A stretch of 49,137 bases of DNA from Bacteroidota bacterium (GCA_043742705.1 JAYTXY010000024.1:1-49137); one strand, 5' to 3'; shown: positions 35,454 to 44,069, counted from the first letter of the stretch. Notes: a model not told the origin generated them from the sequence alone. Made by a program: numbers and translations.

Positions 35454-38360
35454 TTATTGAATCACTAGTTTCTGATACGAAGTTTTGTCTTTTGACGAAA
35501 CATGAATTGTATACAATCCTTTTGCAAATTTACTTACAGAAAATTCGCGGCTGTAATTTCCTCCGGTATTTTCTATTACATCAGAAGAAACAACGCGACC
35601 CACCGCATCAATGAATTCAACTTTTGAAGTTGTCGCATCCGCCAGGTCAAATGAAACGGTTACGTTTTCACCTGCAGGATTTGGATATACATGGAAATGA
35701 TTATCTGCAGAGATGTTGTTCACACCTGTCGGAATAATAATGATTGCCTGAACAGGAACACGCTCGCTAACACAAACGGTTGGAGGAACCACAATATTCC
35801 AATCATAAAAATAATAATAGGCCGAAGAACTTGTCGCGGAGCCTGTCCAGCCATTCGTAATGGTCACCTTTCCGCTCTGAATGTAAGGATAACCAACTCC
35901 TGAATTGCTTCTTTGCATAAAAGGAGAAGCCGCTCCGAAATTGGTATTGTCTAACGTGCCATTTGTAGTGATGCGATATCCGGTTCCGACAGCCAGCGAA
36001 AAATTTAATGGAACTACCGTTGTATCAGCAGAGAGGTTCACAACTAAAGAACGGATCACCGTTCCGACCGAATTCAGAATCTGAATTTCACGTGTACCAT
36101 AATGCGTTGATTCGGTATAAATTTTTACGGAAGCAAGCATACATGCAGAGGTAACATTAAAATCAAGGCCACCATTCACTCCATTGTTATACAAATTTCC
36201 ACCGGAATGATACGGCTGTCCTGCAAATTCACTTGACCCTCCATAGCTGGTTGCGTTTTCGGCCCAGTAAGTAGTGGTATTAAACAATACAGGTGTTGTA
36301 AATGAAAGCCCCGTGTACTGCAGTGTTCCTCCGGTTTGCTGATCGTACCAGGAAACAAAATTTCCTGTTGCATTTAAAGTAACAGCAGCGGGACCTGGCG
36401 ATGTTACATCGGGTGCAAAAGGAGGAGGATCTGGAAGCACATTTACTTCCGTGGAATCGGAAGTGAACGATACGCATAAACCCTGAATGGTTACTGCATA
36501 TTTTCCGGAAGCAGTCGCCACGATAGCTTGCGTGGTTTCTCCGGAATTCCAGGCATACGATGCTGCCTGTGTTGCGGTGAGCGTTACGCTACCTCCGCCA
36601 CAAAACTCAAGATGACCCGAAGTATTAATAGTTGGAGTTTCATCAGGATTTAATTCTACATCTACAGATGGAGAAATATTGGAACAACCATTTGCAGCGA
36701 TTACCGATACATTATAAAATCCTGTCGAGGATACAATAATTGATGAAGATGTTTCACCGGTTGACCAGTTGTAGGATGAAAACCCTCCAGTGGCGAGCGG
36801 GAGAGTTTGTCCTGTGCACAATCCAAATGGTCCAGGAATAACGTTTCCAGTAAGCGTACAACCTGCTTCAACAGCGGTTACAAACTGATCAGCTGCGAGG
36901 TTTGCGAAGCGGGTTTGTAAATGCGAAGGCCAGTCAATGTGCGCAGAGTCAACAGTCGTATGTTGTCCTAACCCAAAATGCAATTGCATGGAGTTGGATG
37001 TTCCGTAACTTTCACCTGCACGTACTTCACGAATTTGTTTTCCCCACGGACCGTAAAGTGTTACACGGGCACCAATGGCCCCTAAGTTACTCTGTGTCCC
37101 TTTTAAATCAAACGTGATAAAATGATAGGAGTTTTTCGTTGTGTTCATATAAAGCGCATCTGCGGTAGAACCGCTCGGAGTATTGTAACCGCCACCATAG
37201 GAGGTGATGACATCAATCTTCCCATCGTGATTCAAATCTCCAGTTGCAAAAGATAAGAAGGTTGTTCCTCCGAAAGGATTCGCAACTTCTGTGAACGTAT
37301 TATTACCATTGTTGTGAAACAGTGAAGTGCCCGAGTGATTGTAGCCGGATACCAATAAATCCAAATACCCGTCATTATCAAAATCTTCAAGAACAGATTC
37401 CAGTGATGAATAAGACAATGAAAAATTCGTGCTTGCTGTAATATCAGTATAGTGCCCTGTTCCATCATTGAGTAATACGAGACTTACATCACTGTGATTC
37501 GTCTCAATCAAATCTAAATCTCCATCGTTGTCTATGTCTCCAAAGCTGCTTGTCCATGTTTCTTTAAAATCGGTTGTTTCAATGCCGTACGATTGCGCCA
37601 TTTCTGTATAAACATTGCTTCCGTTGTTTACGAATAAGCGGTCTCTTCTGCGTTGATCTGTATTGCTGGTAACACCTAAGCGACAATGAGCAATGAAAAG
37701 GTCAAGGTCGCCATCGTTGTCAAAGTCCGTCCATACGCTTCCGTAGTTTCCTGAATCGTAAGGATCACCGCCACTGTATGTCATGCCCGGATTAATGTTT
37801 GTATTGATCAAAGTAGTTGTCTGTGTCAAAGTTCCGGTTCCGTCATTTTTATAAACTTTTGCATAGTCATTATCATCACATACAAAAAGATCGGCCCATC
37901 CATCATTATTAAAATCCCCGAACGTTACGTTCTGAACCAGATAACTTCCGGTTAATGTTGTGGTAGCGGCAGCAATCGTGCTTCCTGTCCATGATAGTTT
38001 GACAATATACATTGCACTGCCGGTACCGGTCGCCACATCTTTCCAGCCATTGTGGTCAACATCGGCTGCGGCCATTCCCCAGACTCTTGAAGTTCCTGAG
38101 ATATTGCCCAGGTTGTAGTGTGTGAAAGTTCCGTTCTTGTTTTGCAAGTCAACCATCAAGGTTGTTGACTGATCCATTTTAACAACATCATCAAGCCCAT
38201 CGTTGTTTACATCCACAATAGTCATTGCGCAACCACTATGCGTAGCTGTCGAAAGCGCGCTTGAACTTGTGAACGTAAATTGTGCCAGGCTTTGAAATGC
38301 AACGAAAAAAGAAAATAGTAAAATAAAAAACAGTGAGCGATTCAAGGTAGATGTCTTCAT
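35454..38360 (-). CDS. FG-GAP/VCBS-repeat beta-propeller protein with an ASPIC/UnbV domain, Ig-like repeats and a T9SS C-terminal sorting domain (CRTAC1-like)
   Basis: At least seven calcium-binding FG-GAP loops are present (VNNDGLDDV, VDHNGWKDV, FNNDGWADLFV, FDNDGDLDLFI, IDNDGDLDLI, FDNDGYLDLLV, LNHDGKIDVI). The UnbV-type segment is GARVTLYGPWGKQIREVRAGESYGTSNSMQLHFGLG. There are repeated Cys-bracketed modules (YNWSTGETSSSIIV / YAWNSGETTQAIV). The C-terminal tail is HVYPNPAGENVTVSF...LYTIHVSSKDKTSYQKLVIQ. I start at the ATG at 38360, which gives the signal peptide MKTSTLNRSLFFILLFSFFVAFQSLAQ. The track start at 38426 is a TTG. Confidence 0.85.
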   Translation of the reverse strand: MKTSTLNRSLFFILLFSFFVAFQSLAQFTFTSSSALSTATHSGCAMTIVDVNNDGLDDVVKMDQSTTLMVDLQNKNGTFTHYNLGNISGTSRVWGMAAADVDHNGWKDVATGTGSAMYIVKLSWTGSTIAAATTTLTGSYLVQNVTFGDFNNDGWADLFVCDDNDYAKVYKNDGTGTLTQTTTLINTNINPGMTYSGGDPYDSGNYGSVWTDFDNDGDLDLFIAHCRLGVTSNTDQRRRDRLFVNNGSNVYTEMAQSYGIETTDFKETWTSSFGDIDNDGDLDLIETNHSDVSLVLLNDGTGHYTDITASTNFSLSYSSLESVLEDFDNDGYLDLLVSGYNHSGTSLFHNNGNNTFTEVANPFGGTTFLSFATGDLNHDGKIDVITSYGGGYNTPSGSTADALYMNTTKNSYHFITFDLKGTQSNLGAIGARVTLYGPWGKQIREVRAGESYGTSNSMQLHFGLGQHTTVDSAHIDWPSHLQTRFANLAADQFVTAVEAGCTLTGNVIPGPFGLCTGQTLPLATGGFSSYNWSTGETSSSIIVSSTGFYNVSVIAANGCSNISPSVDVELNPDETPTINTSGHLEFCGGGSVTLTATQAASYAWNSGETTQAIVATASGKYAVTIQGLCVSFTSDSTEVNVLPDPPPFAPDVTSPGPAAVTLNATGNFVSWYDQQTGGTLQYTGLSFTTPVLFNTTTYWAENATSYGGSSEFAGQPYHSGGNLYNNGVNGGLDFNVTSACMLASVKIYTESTHYGTREIQILNSVGTVIRSLVVNLSADTTVVPLNFSLAVGTGYRITTNGTLDNTNFGAASPFMQRSNSGVGYPYIQSGKVTITNGWTGSATSSSAYYYFYDWNIVVPPTVCVSERVPVQAIIIIPTGVNNISADNHFHVYPNPAGENVTVSFDLADATTSKVEFIDAVGRVVSSDVIENTGGNYSREFSVSKFAKGLYTIHVSSKDKTSYQKLVIQ

Positions 38361-38438
38361 TTTTTGATCGTAGGGTTTATTCAACGGGTGAGGAGATAAT
38401 TTTGTCGTTTTGTTTTTAGAAAACAAAGTAATCGATTT

Positions 38439-40388
38439 TTATTGTAGCCTGATAATTTTTCGGTAGTGTATTTTCCCTTCAGATAAAATCTTCATCAAGT
38501 AAACAGATTGTTTGGACGGAAGTGCAACAGTACAGGAGTTGATGATTCCGTTAAAATTCATCTCATTCACCATTCGGCCTTGTAAATCATAAACATCGAT
38601 GTGTTTTATTCCATGTCCCGGGCGGGTTTTAACAAATACTTTTCCATCTGTTGAAAGGGTCGGATATACTTCAATTTCATTTTCACTTAACAGGTTTTGA
38701 TCGGTTGACAATACGACCATGTTGATGATGCTATCAGAAGCAATCCGCACAGGCGTTTGATCCGCATTATTAAACATGGTTCGGAATGAATCAATCTCCG
38801 GGCTGCTGTAAGTCATCATTTCATCCACCCATTTAGGCGGAACGGATTGATAATACATGTTTGCATGGACACTTACATTTCCAGTGACCAGCACGAGAGG
38901 TACATGATAATGAATGAGGTCCACTCCGGACCCTTCAACAGCATTTATCTTGTTGAAATCGTTATCGGCCAATGCATCATTTGAAATGCTTACAGTATCA
39001 TATACAGAAGATGTTGTAAGAAAACCGGCAGGAGGAATACGATCATCTTTGAGAAGAATCGCACCACGCTCAAGCACTGAAGTAAAATGACCGAATACAT
39101 CACCCATCACCAATTCATAAATCTGTGGTACATCCGATTGGTTGATCGCATCATGATGCGGTTCGAAGGAAGGGTTTTCACCAACCACATGGTAATCATT
39201 TGTGAAGGTTCCTGATTTGAAAACGGTATCCCCTGTTACATCAGTCACAACAAACTCAACAACTGCCCTGCGCGAAGGATAGCCGGAAGGGAATTTATGT
39301 CCGGCTTTGTTTTGAACCCGTACGTGAAAGTATGCGGTGTCATTTGCAACACTATCTGCAAGCAAACTGAAATGAATGGATCGTTCCTGCAGAAGTGCTT
39401 TTGTATCAGCAATGGTGGAATCAAACTGCCAGTCTGCGGCATCTGCCCCAAGTAATGCTTTATTATTTTTAATCAGGTTGACCATAAACGAATTTGCTCC
39501 TACAAATGTGTGTTGATTGAATGGAAAACGCGCCGGCAATGTGTTGAAACCATTTGCAATTACGATTGCATCTTCGAGGTGAGGCATGTGGCAGGTCTGG
39601 CAGGTAATGGTATCAGCAGGATATCGGGAGTTGAGATATTCGTGATAGGTTGCCTGCTCCGTAAATGTTCCTCCCGTGTAAACACCGAATGTATCAGTCG
39701 ACTGTGTGATCAACGTATGACACGCTGAACAAACACGTGCCTGGTTCATGTGATCGCTGTACGTGGGAGTATAACCCTCGTACAGTTGCATTGGGCCAAC
39801 ATCAGGAAGTGTGAAAGGACCATACACATTTTTGCTTGTGTCATAGGGTATAATTCCTGAATACGTACTTCCTACTGATGTTGCAATCGTATGACAGCTT
39901 TCGCAGGCAACTCCATCCTGTCCTAACGAATCAAACGCAAGATTCGCCAATCCGTAATGTGCCTCACCGTGAAACTGGGAAGTGTATTTGCCCATCGGTG
40001 CATGGCAGGAAGTGCATTTATCCGGCAACTCGGCAGCGTGAGACGGGTCGACTAAAATCTCATGACTTACTTTTGCTCGCCAGAACGGATCGCGTGCGCT
40101 GTTTGCCATCATCGTACTTTGCCAATGATCAAAAAGATTTACCGAGTTGCCGTTTTCATCTACGTTGGCAAGGTGAGTTAAATCGTATCCGTGACATTCT
40201 TTGCAATGAGAAGACGGTAGAAAATATTCACCGGGAGCAATGGGAGACATGATCTGGTTTTGAAATGCCCTTATTTCTTGTGAAGTGTGAAAAGAAGTCT
40301 TCACCTCATATCCACGAGGAATTAAGAATCCCATCAGGAGGATAAAAGAAAAAATAAGACTACTAACCAGAAGTAATTGTCGATGCAT
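38439..40388 (-). CDS. Pentaheme c-type cytochrome with a C-terminal non-heme domain and a T9SS-like sorting tail
   Basis: Five CXXCH motifs were verified at nucleotide level: CKECH 40191-40205, CTSCH 40002-40016, CESCH 39891-39905, CSACH 39717-39731, CQTCH 39588-39602. The N-terminus is a hydrophobic signal (LLLVSSLIFSFILLMGFLI). The last ~80 aa (IEVYPTLSTDGKVFVK...VYLMKILSEGKIHYRKIIRLQ) resemble the sorting tail of the neighbouring gene. Confidence 0.8.
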   Translation of the reverse strand: MHRQLLLVSSLIFSFILLMGFLIPRGYEVKTSFHTSQEIRAFQNQIMSPIAPGEYFLPSSHCKECHGYDLTHLANVDENGNSVNLFDHWQSTMMANSARDPFWRAKVSHEILVDPSHAAELPDKCTSCHAPMGKYTSQFHGEAHYGLANLAFDSLGQDGVACESCHTIATSVGSTYSGIIPYDTSKNVYGPFTLPDVGPMQLYEGYTPTYSDHMNQARVCSACHTLITQSTDTFGVYTGGTFTEQATYHEYLNSRYPADTITCQTCHMPHLEDAIVIANGFNTLPARFPFNQHTFVGANSFMVNLIKNNKALLGADAADWQFDSTIADTKALLQERSIHFSLLADSVANDTAYFHVRVQNKAGHKFPSGYPSRRAVVEFVVTDVTGDTVFKSGTFTNDYHVVGENPSFEPHHDAINQSDVPQIYELVMGDVFGHFTSVLERGAILLKDDRIPPAGFLTTSSVYDTVSISNDALADNDFNKINAVEGSGVDLIHYHVPLVLVTGNVSVHANMYYQSVPPKWVDEMMTYSSPEIDSFRTMFNNADQTPVRIASDSIINMVVLSTDQNLLSENEIEVYPTLSTDGKVFVKTRPGHGIKHIDVYDLQGRMVNEMNFNGIINSCTVALPSKQSVYLMKILSEGKIHYRKIIRLQ

Positions 40389-40496
40389 CCAGTGAACGTT
40401 GAAAGGGATAGTTAAACGGAGGAGTAAAGATAGAAAATACTTGTAACCGGTGCAATGAATTCCAAAGGGGCAGAGGGAGAAGGCACTCGTCCCTCG

Positions 40497-41699
40497 TCAC
40501 CTGCTTACAAGCTTATCCACGAATTCTGTAAATTCTGCTTTCCATTTTTCGAAATGCTCCCCGGTTGCCGGTCCTGAAAAGCCAGTATGAATTTTTCTGA
40601 CTTTATGATCCCCGTCAAGTACGATGGTCGTTGGAAATGAAAGAATGTTGTTCAACATCGGTAATGCTTTTACCCGAAGTCTCTGATCGTTGCTTCCTGC
40701 GTATAACAGTGTGTAATCGATGTCGTATCTTTTTTTCAATCGCTGAAGATTTTTTTTCGCAGTTGGAAATTCATTGATGCGCTCAAAGTCGAGCGCGATA
40801 ATTTCAACGCCTTTCTCTTTGTACTTTTTGTAAAACGGAGCGAGGAATGCTGTTTCATCCATGCAGTTCGGACACCATGTTCCCATAATTTGTACAATCA
40901 CAATTTTGTTTTGAAATTTTTTATCACTCAGCGAAACAAGGTTGCTATCAGTATCGGGAAAAGTAAAGCTGATTTTATCATAACCGGATTTTAGAAACGT
41001 GAGCGAGTCAGCATCAGGAAGAGTTGCATTTTCATTTCGTTCAGCTTTCCACGTGTCATGCCAATGTACTCCGGAATAATAGTGTCCGGTGATGGTTCCA
41101 TCTGTAGTATAATTTCCGGTGAACAAATAAAGATGCGAACCATCGAAGCAGAACAGTTTAAAAGTGCTTCCGGTTACGATTCCTTCGAGGTAACGGTAAT
41201 CTCCTATTGAAGTGAGAAATGTTCCGGCGAGTAAATGATCGTGTTGTTTAAATTCTCCGACAGAGTGATTGAGGGGAGGTGCGTCTCCCGCAAACACAAC
41301 ATCCCATCTTCCTGTCATGTTGAATGTTGGAGGAGTGAGCGAATCTTTAAAGCGAAACGATTCATGTGTTGCAACAAAAGGAATTACATTTTTATCTCTG
41401 CGCGCGTGATTCAAAAAGTTCCCTGAAATTTTATCGCCTGAAATTTTTCCTCTGAACTCAGAATCAAAAACAGGCATTTTAATAAAAACAGAATCTCCGG
41501 AATAATTTATTTCATCAACAAAAATTTTTTCTTCAGCATTGATGATGTCCATTGTCTTTTCTTTCACGTCCATCATGAACGGCAATTCTGTACTGTCGTT
41601 TAATTGCAATGCGTATCGCCAGAATCCTTTTTGCATCACCGTTTGTGATTTTGCAATGCAAGCGATCATCATGAGTAAAGCAAGTAAGCGGTATTTCAT
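40497..41699 (-). CDS. TlpA-family thiol-disulfide oxidoreductase with a large N-terminal beta-rich extension
   Basis: The thioredoxin-fold active site is IMGTWCPNCMDE (WCxxC) in the C-terminal ~150 aa. The N-terminus is a signal or lipobox-like sequence (LLALLMMIACIAKSQ). The ~230-aa N-terminal region is of the type commonly fused to Bacteroidota redoxins. Confidence 0.8.
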   Translation of the reverse strand: MKYRLLALLMMIACIAKSQTVMQKGFWRYALQLNDSTELPFMMDVKEKTMDIINAEEKIFVDEINYSGDSVFIKMPVFDSEFRGKISGDKISGNFLNHARRDKNVIPFVATHESFRFKDSLTPPTFNMTGRWDVVFAGDAPPLNHSVGEFKQHDHLLAGTFLTSIGDYRYLEGIVTGSTFKLFCFDGSHLYLFTGNYTTDGTITGHYYSGVHWHDTWKAERNENATLPDADSLTFLKSGYDKISFTFPDTDSNLVSLSDKKFQNKIVIVQIMGTWCPNCMDETAFLAPFYKKYKEKGVEIIALDFERINEFPTAKKNLQRLKKRYDIDYTLLYAGSNDQRLRVKALPMLNNILSFPTTIVLDGDHKVRKIHTGFSGPATGEHFEKWKAEFTEFVDKLVSR

Positions 41700-41766
41700 G
41701 GTGAAAATTTATAGAGCTTAAAGGTAAGCAATCACAAAAAATTTAATGACGAATATTCTTCGCGCG

Positions 41767-41810
41767 CTTTGCGCCTTTGCGAGAGAATAATTTCGCGCAA
41801 AGGCGCAAAG
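41767..41810. repeat. REP-like hairpin element, copy A
   Basis: Perfect 15-nt inverted repeat: CTTTGCGCCTTTGCG (41767-41781) and CGCAAAGGCGCAAAG (41796-41810), with a 14-nt loop. The same arms and geometry recur at 45070-45113. Confidence 0.75.
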
Positions 41811-41924
41811 TTCGCAAAGACGAAACCTTACAAAAGTGTAAGGTTTGGGATTCTTTTGCAGCAGATTACCACCAACTCACTGTTATATTGTACGTACAAT
41901 CCAACAAACTAAATTCAGAAAAAG

Positions 41925-42383
41925 ATGAAAACATTTTTCCAATATGCTGTCGTGATTTGCATACTGTTCAGCACAGCTTTCGCACAGAGCACTTCTCCGG
42001 ATGCAGTCACAGGAACATGGACGGTTGCTGACGGTTCCGCAAAAATTAAAATTGAAAAGACCAACGGCAAATATGTCGGCAAAATGGTTTGGATAAAAAA
42101 TCCGAACGACAAGGCAGGAAAACCACTCGTTGATTCAAACAACCCGGATGCTTCGCTGAAAAGCAGGCCTCAGATGGGACTTCCTTTACTTACGGGTTTT
42201 GTATATGACGGAAGCAACGTATGGAACAATGGAACTATCTACGATCCCGATGGAGGAAAAACCTACAGCTGCAAAATCACGATGAAGAACAACGAGACCA
42301 TTGAAGTTCGAGGTTATGTTGGGATTTCTCTCTTCGGTCGCACTGATACTTGGAAGCGTGCGCAGGATATTACGATGAAATAG
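41925..42383 (+). CDS. DUF2147-like small secreted protein
   Basis: Signal peptide MKTFFQYAVVICILFSTAFAQ. The mature part (GTWTVADGSAKIKIEKTNGKYVGKMVWIKNP...GTIYDPDGGKTYSCKITMKNNETIEVRGYVGISLFGRTDTWKR) matches my recollection of the DUF2147 family pattern. Confidence 0.7.
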   Translation: MKTFFQYAVVICILFSTAFAQSTSPDAVTGTWTVADGSAKIKIEKTNGKYVGKMVWIKNPNDKAGKPLVDSNNPDASLKSRPQMGLPLLTGFVYDGSNVWNNGTIYDPDGGKTYSCKITMKNNETIEVRGYVGISLFGRTDTWKRAQDITMK

Positions 42384-42423
42384 TTGATTGGTTGATTAGT
42401 TCACTGGTTCATTAGTTGATTAG
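42384..42423. repeat. GGTTSATT-word repeat element, second locus
   Basis: TTGATTGGTTGATTAGTTCACTGGTTCATTAGTTGATTAG lies immediately after the DUF2147 stop codon. It aligns with 33607-33646. The 10-mer TTGATTGGTT also recurs at 47910-47919. Confidence 0.6.
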
Positions 42424-42445
42424 TCAAACTAACCAGATAAAATTA

Positions 42446-42487
42446 AAAAACCTCCGTGGAATTTAATTTCTTCGGAGGTTTTTCTTT
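42446..42487. terminator. Bidirectional intrinsic terminator
   Basis: AAAAACCTCCG...CGGAGGTTTTTCTTTTT. A GC-containing 6-bp core is extended by A/T pairs. It lies between the convergent stops at 42383 and 42504. Confidence 0.7.
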
Positions 42488-42503
42488 TTGAAATAATTAT
42501 TTC

Positions 42504-44069
42504 TCAAAGATCAAATCGAATTCCCTGCGCTAATGGAAGCGTAGTAGAATAGTTGATAGTATTCGTTTGTCTTCTCATATATACTTTCCATGCATCGCTT
42601 CCAGATTCACGACCTCCTCCGGTTTCTTTTTCTCCGCCGAATGCTCCACCAATTTCAGCACCGGATGTTCCGATGTTTACGTTTGCAATTCCGCAATCGC
42701 TTCCTTCATGCGACAAAAACTTTTCTGTCTCAAGTATGTTACGGGAAAAAATGGATGATGATAAGCCCTGCGGAACATCGTTGTGCAAGGCAATCGCTTC
42801 GTCCAATGTTTTGTATTTCATAATATACAAGAGCGGAGCAAATGTTTCTTCGCACACGATTTGTAGATTCTTTTTCACTTCAGCAATGCAAGGCATCACG
42901 TAGCAACCGCTTTCGTATCCGTCACCACTCATCACATCTCCACCGTAAATAATTTTTCCGTCTTCTTTTTTCACACGCTCAATCGCTGTGAGAAAATCAT
43001 TCACCGCTCCTTTGTCGATCAATGGTCCCACCAATGTTTTTGAATCCAGCGGATGTCCGATGCGGATGTGTTGGTAAGCGCTCACGAGTTTTGATTTAAA
43101 ATTTTCATACACCGATTCGTGAATAATCAATCTTCTCGTTGAAGTACAACGTTGACCGGCAGTTCCAACGGAACCAAATAACACAGCACGCAAAGCCATG
43201 TCAAGATCTGCATTCTCCGTGATGATAATTGCATTGTTGCCACCAAGTTCAAGCAAGCTTCTCCCCAATCTTTCTCCGACAATTTTCCCAACTCGTTTTC
43301 CAACGCGCGTTGATCCTGTTGCAGAAATTAACGGCACACGGTGATCCGCCAGGAAATTATCACCAACATATTTTGATCCGCCGGCAACTAAATTTAAGAC
43401 GCCTTCGGGAACATTATTTTTCTTTAATACACTTGCAACGATGTTGTGAGTTGCAATGGCGCACAGCATGGTTTTGCTGGACGGTTTCCAAACCACCACA
43501 TCACCGCAAACCATGGCAAGCATTGCATTCCACGACCATACGGCAACAGGAAAATTAAAAGCGGAAATAACTCCTACAATTCCGAGCGGATGATATTGCT
43601 CATACATGCGATGACGCTCGCGCTCGCTATGCATGGTAAGTCCATACAACTGTCGTGATAAGCCGACAGCAAAATCGCAGATGTCAATCATCTCCTGAAC
43701 TTCACCCAAACCTTCCTGGTAAATTTTTCCCATCTCGTAGGAAACTAATTTTCCGAGCGGCTCTTTGTATTTACGCAACTCATCACCGATCTGGCGAACA
43801 ATTTCTCCGCGTTTCGGTGCGGGAATCATCCTCCATGTTTTGAATGCTTCCTGCGCTGTAGTGATGATGGTTTCATAATCATCAGCCGTTGCTTGTTTTA
43901 TTTTTCCGATCAATGCTCCGTCAGCCGAAGCATATGATTCGATGATTTCTCCTTTAGTGTCAAACCATTTTGTGCCTGTGCTGGCCCCCTGGTTAACGTC
44001 TTTGATTCCCAATGTTTTCAGCACTTCAGCAATGCCGAAATCTTTTTCTGCAAGAGTTTCTGATTTCAT
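42504..44069 (-). CDS. Aldehyde dehydrogenase family protein (ALDH7 / aminoadipate-semialdehyde dehydrogenase-like)
   Basis: LELGGNNA, the catalytic-Cys motif GTAGQRCTSTRR, and the C-terminal EETFAPLLY and GGEKETGGGRESGSDAWK are present. I start at the ATG at 44069 (MKSETLAEKDFG). The track's upstream extension lacks family features. Confidence 0.85.
   Translation of the reverse strand: MKSETLAEKDFGIAEVLKTLGIKDVNQGASTGTKWFDTKGEIIESYASADGALIGKIKQATADDYETIITTAQEAFKTWRMIPAPKRGEIVRQIGDELRKYKEPLGKLVSYEMGKIYQEGLGEVQEMIDICDFAVGLSRQLYGLTMHSERERHRMYEQYHPLGIVGVISAFNFPVAVWSWNAMLAMVCGDVVVWKPSSKTMLCAIATHNIVASVLKKNNVPEGVLNLVAGGSKYVGDNFLADHRVPLISATGSTRVGKRVGKIVGERLGRSLLELGGNNAIIITENADLDMALRAVLFGSVGTAGQRCTSTRRLIIHESVYENFKSKLVSAYQHIRIGHPLDSKTLVGPLIDKGAVNDFLTAIERVKKEDGKIIYGGDVMSGDGYESGCYVMPCIAEVKKNLQIVCEETFAPLLYIMKYKTLDEAIALHNDVPQGLSSSIFSRNILETEKFLSHEGSDCGIANVNIGTSGAEIGGAFGGEKETGGGRESGSDAWKVYMRRQTNTINYSTTLPLAQGIRFDL

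Noticed and set aside
40461-40496. Shared 9-mers between 40463-40496 (AGAGGGAGAAGGCACTCGTCCCTCGTC) and 44101-44118 (GGGACGAGGGAGAAGCG).
   Set aside because: The matches are short (AGGGAGAAG, and GACGAGGGA in opposite orientation) with no extended alignment. They are compatible with chance.
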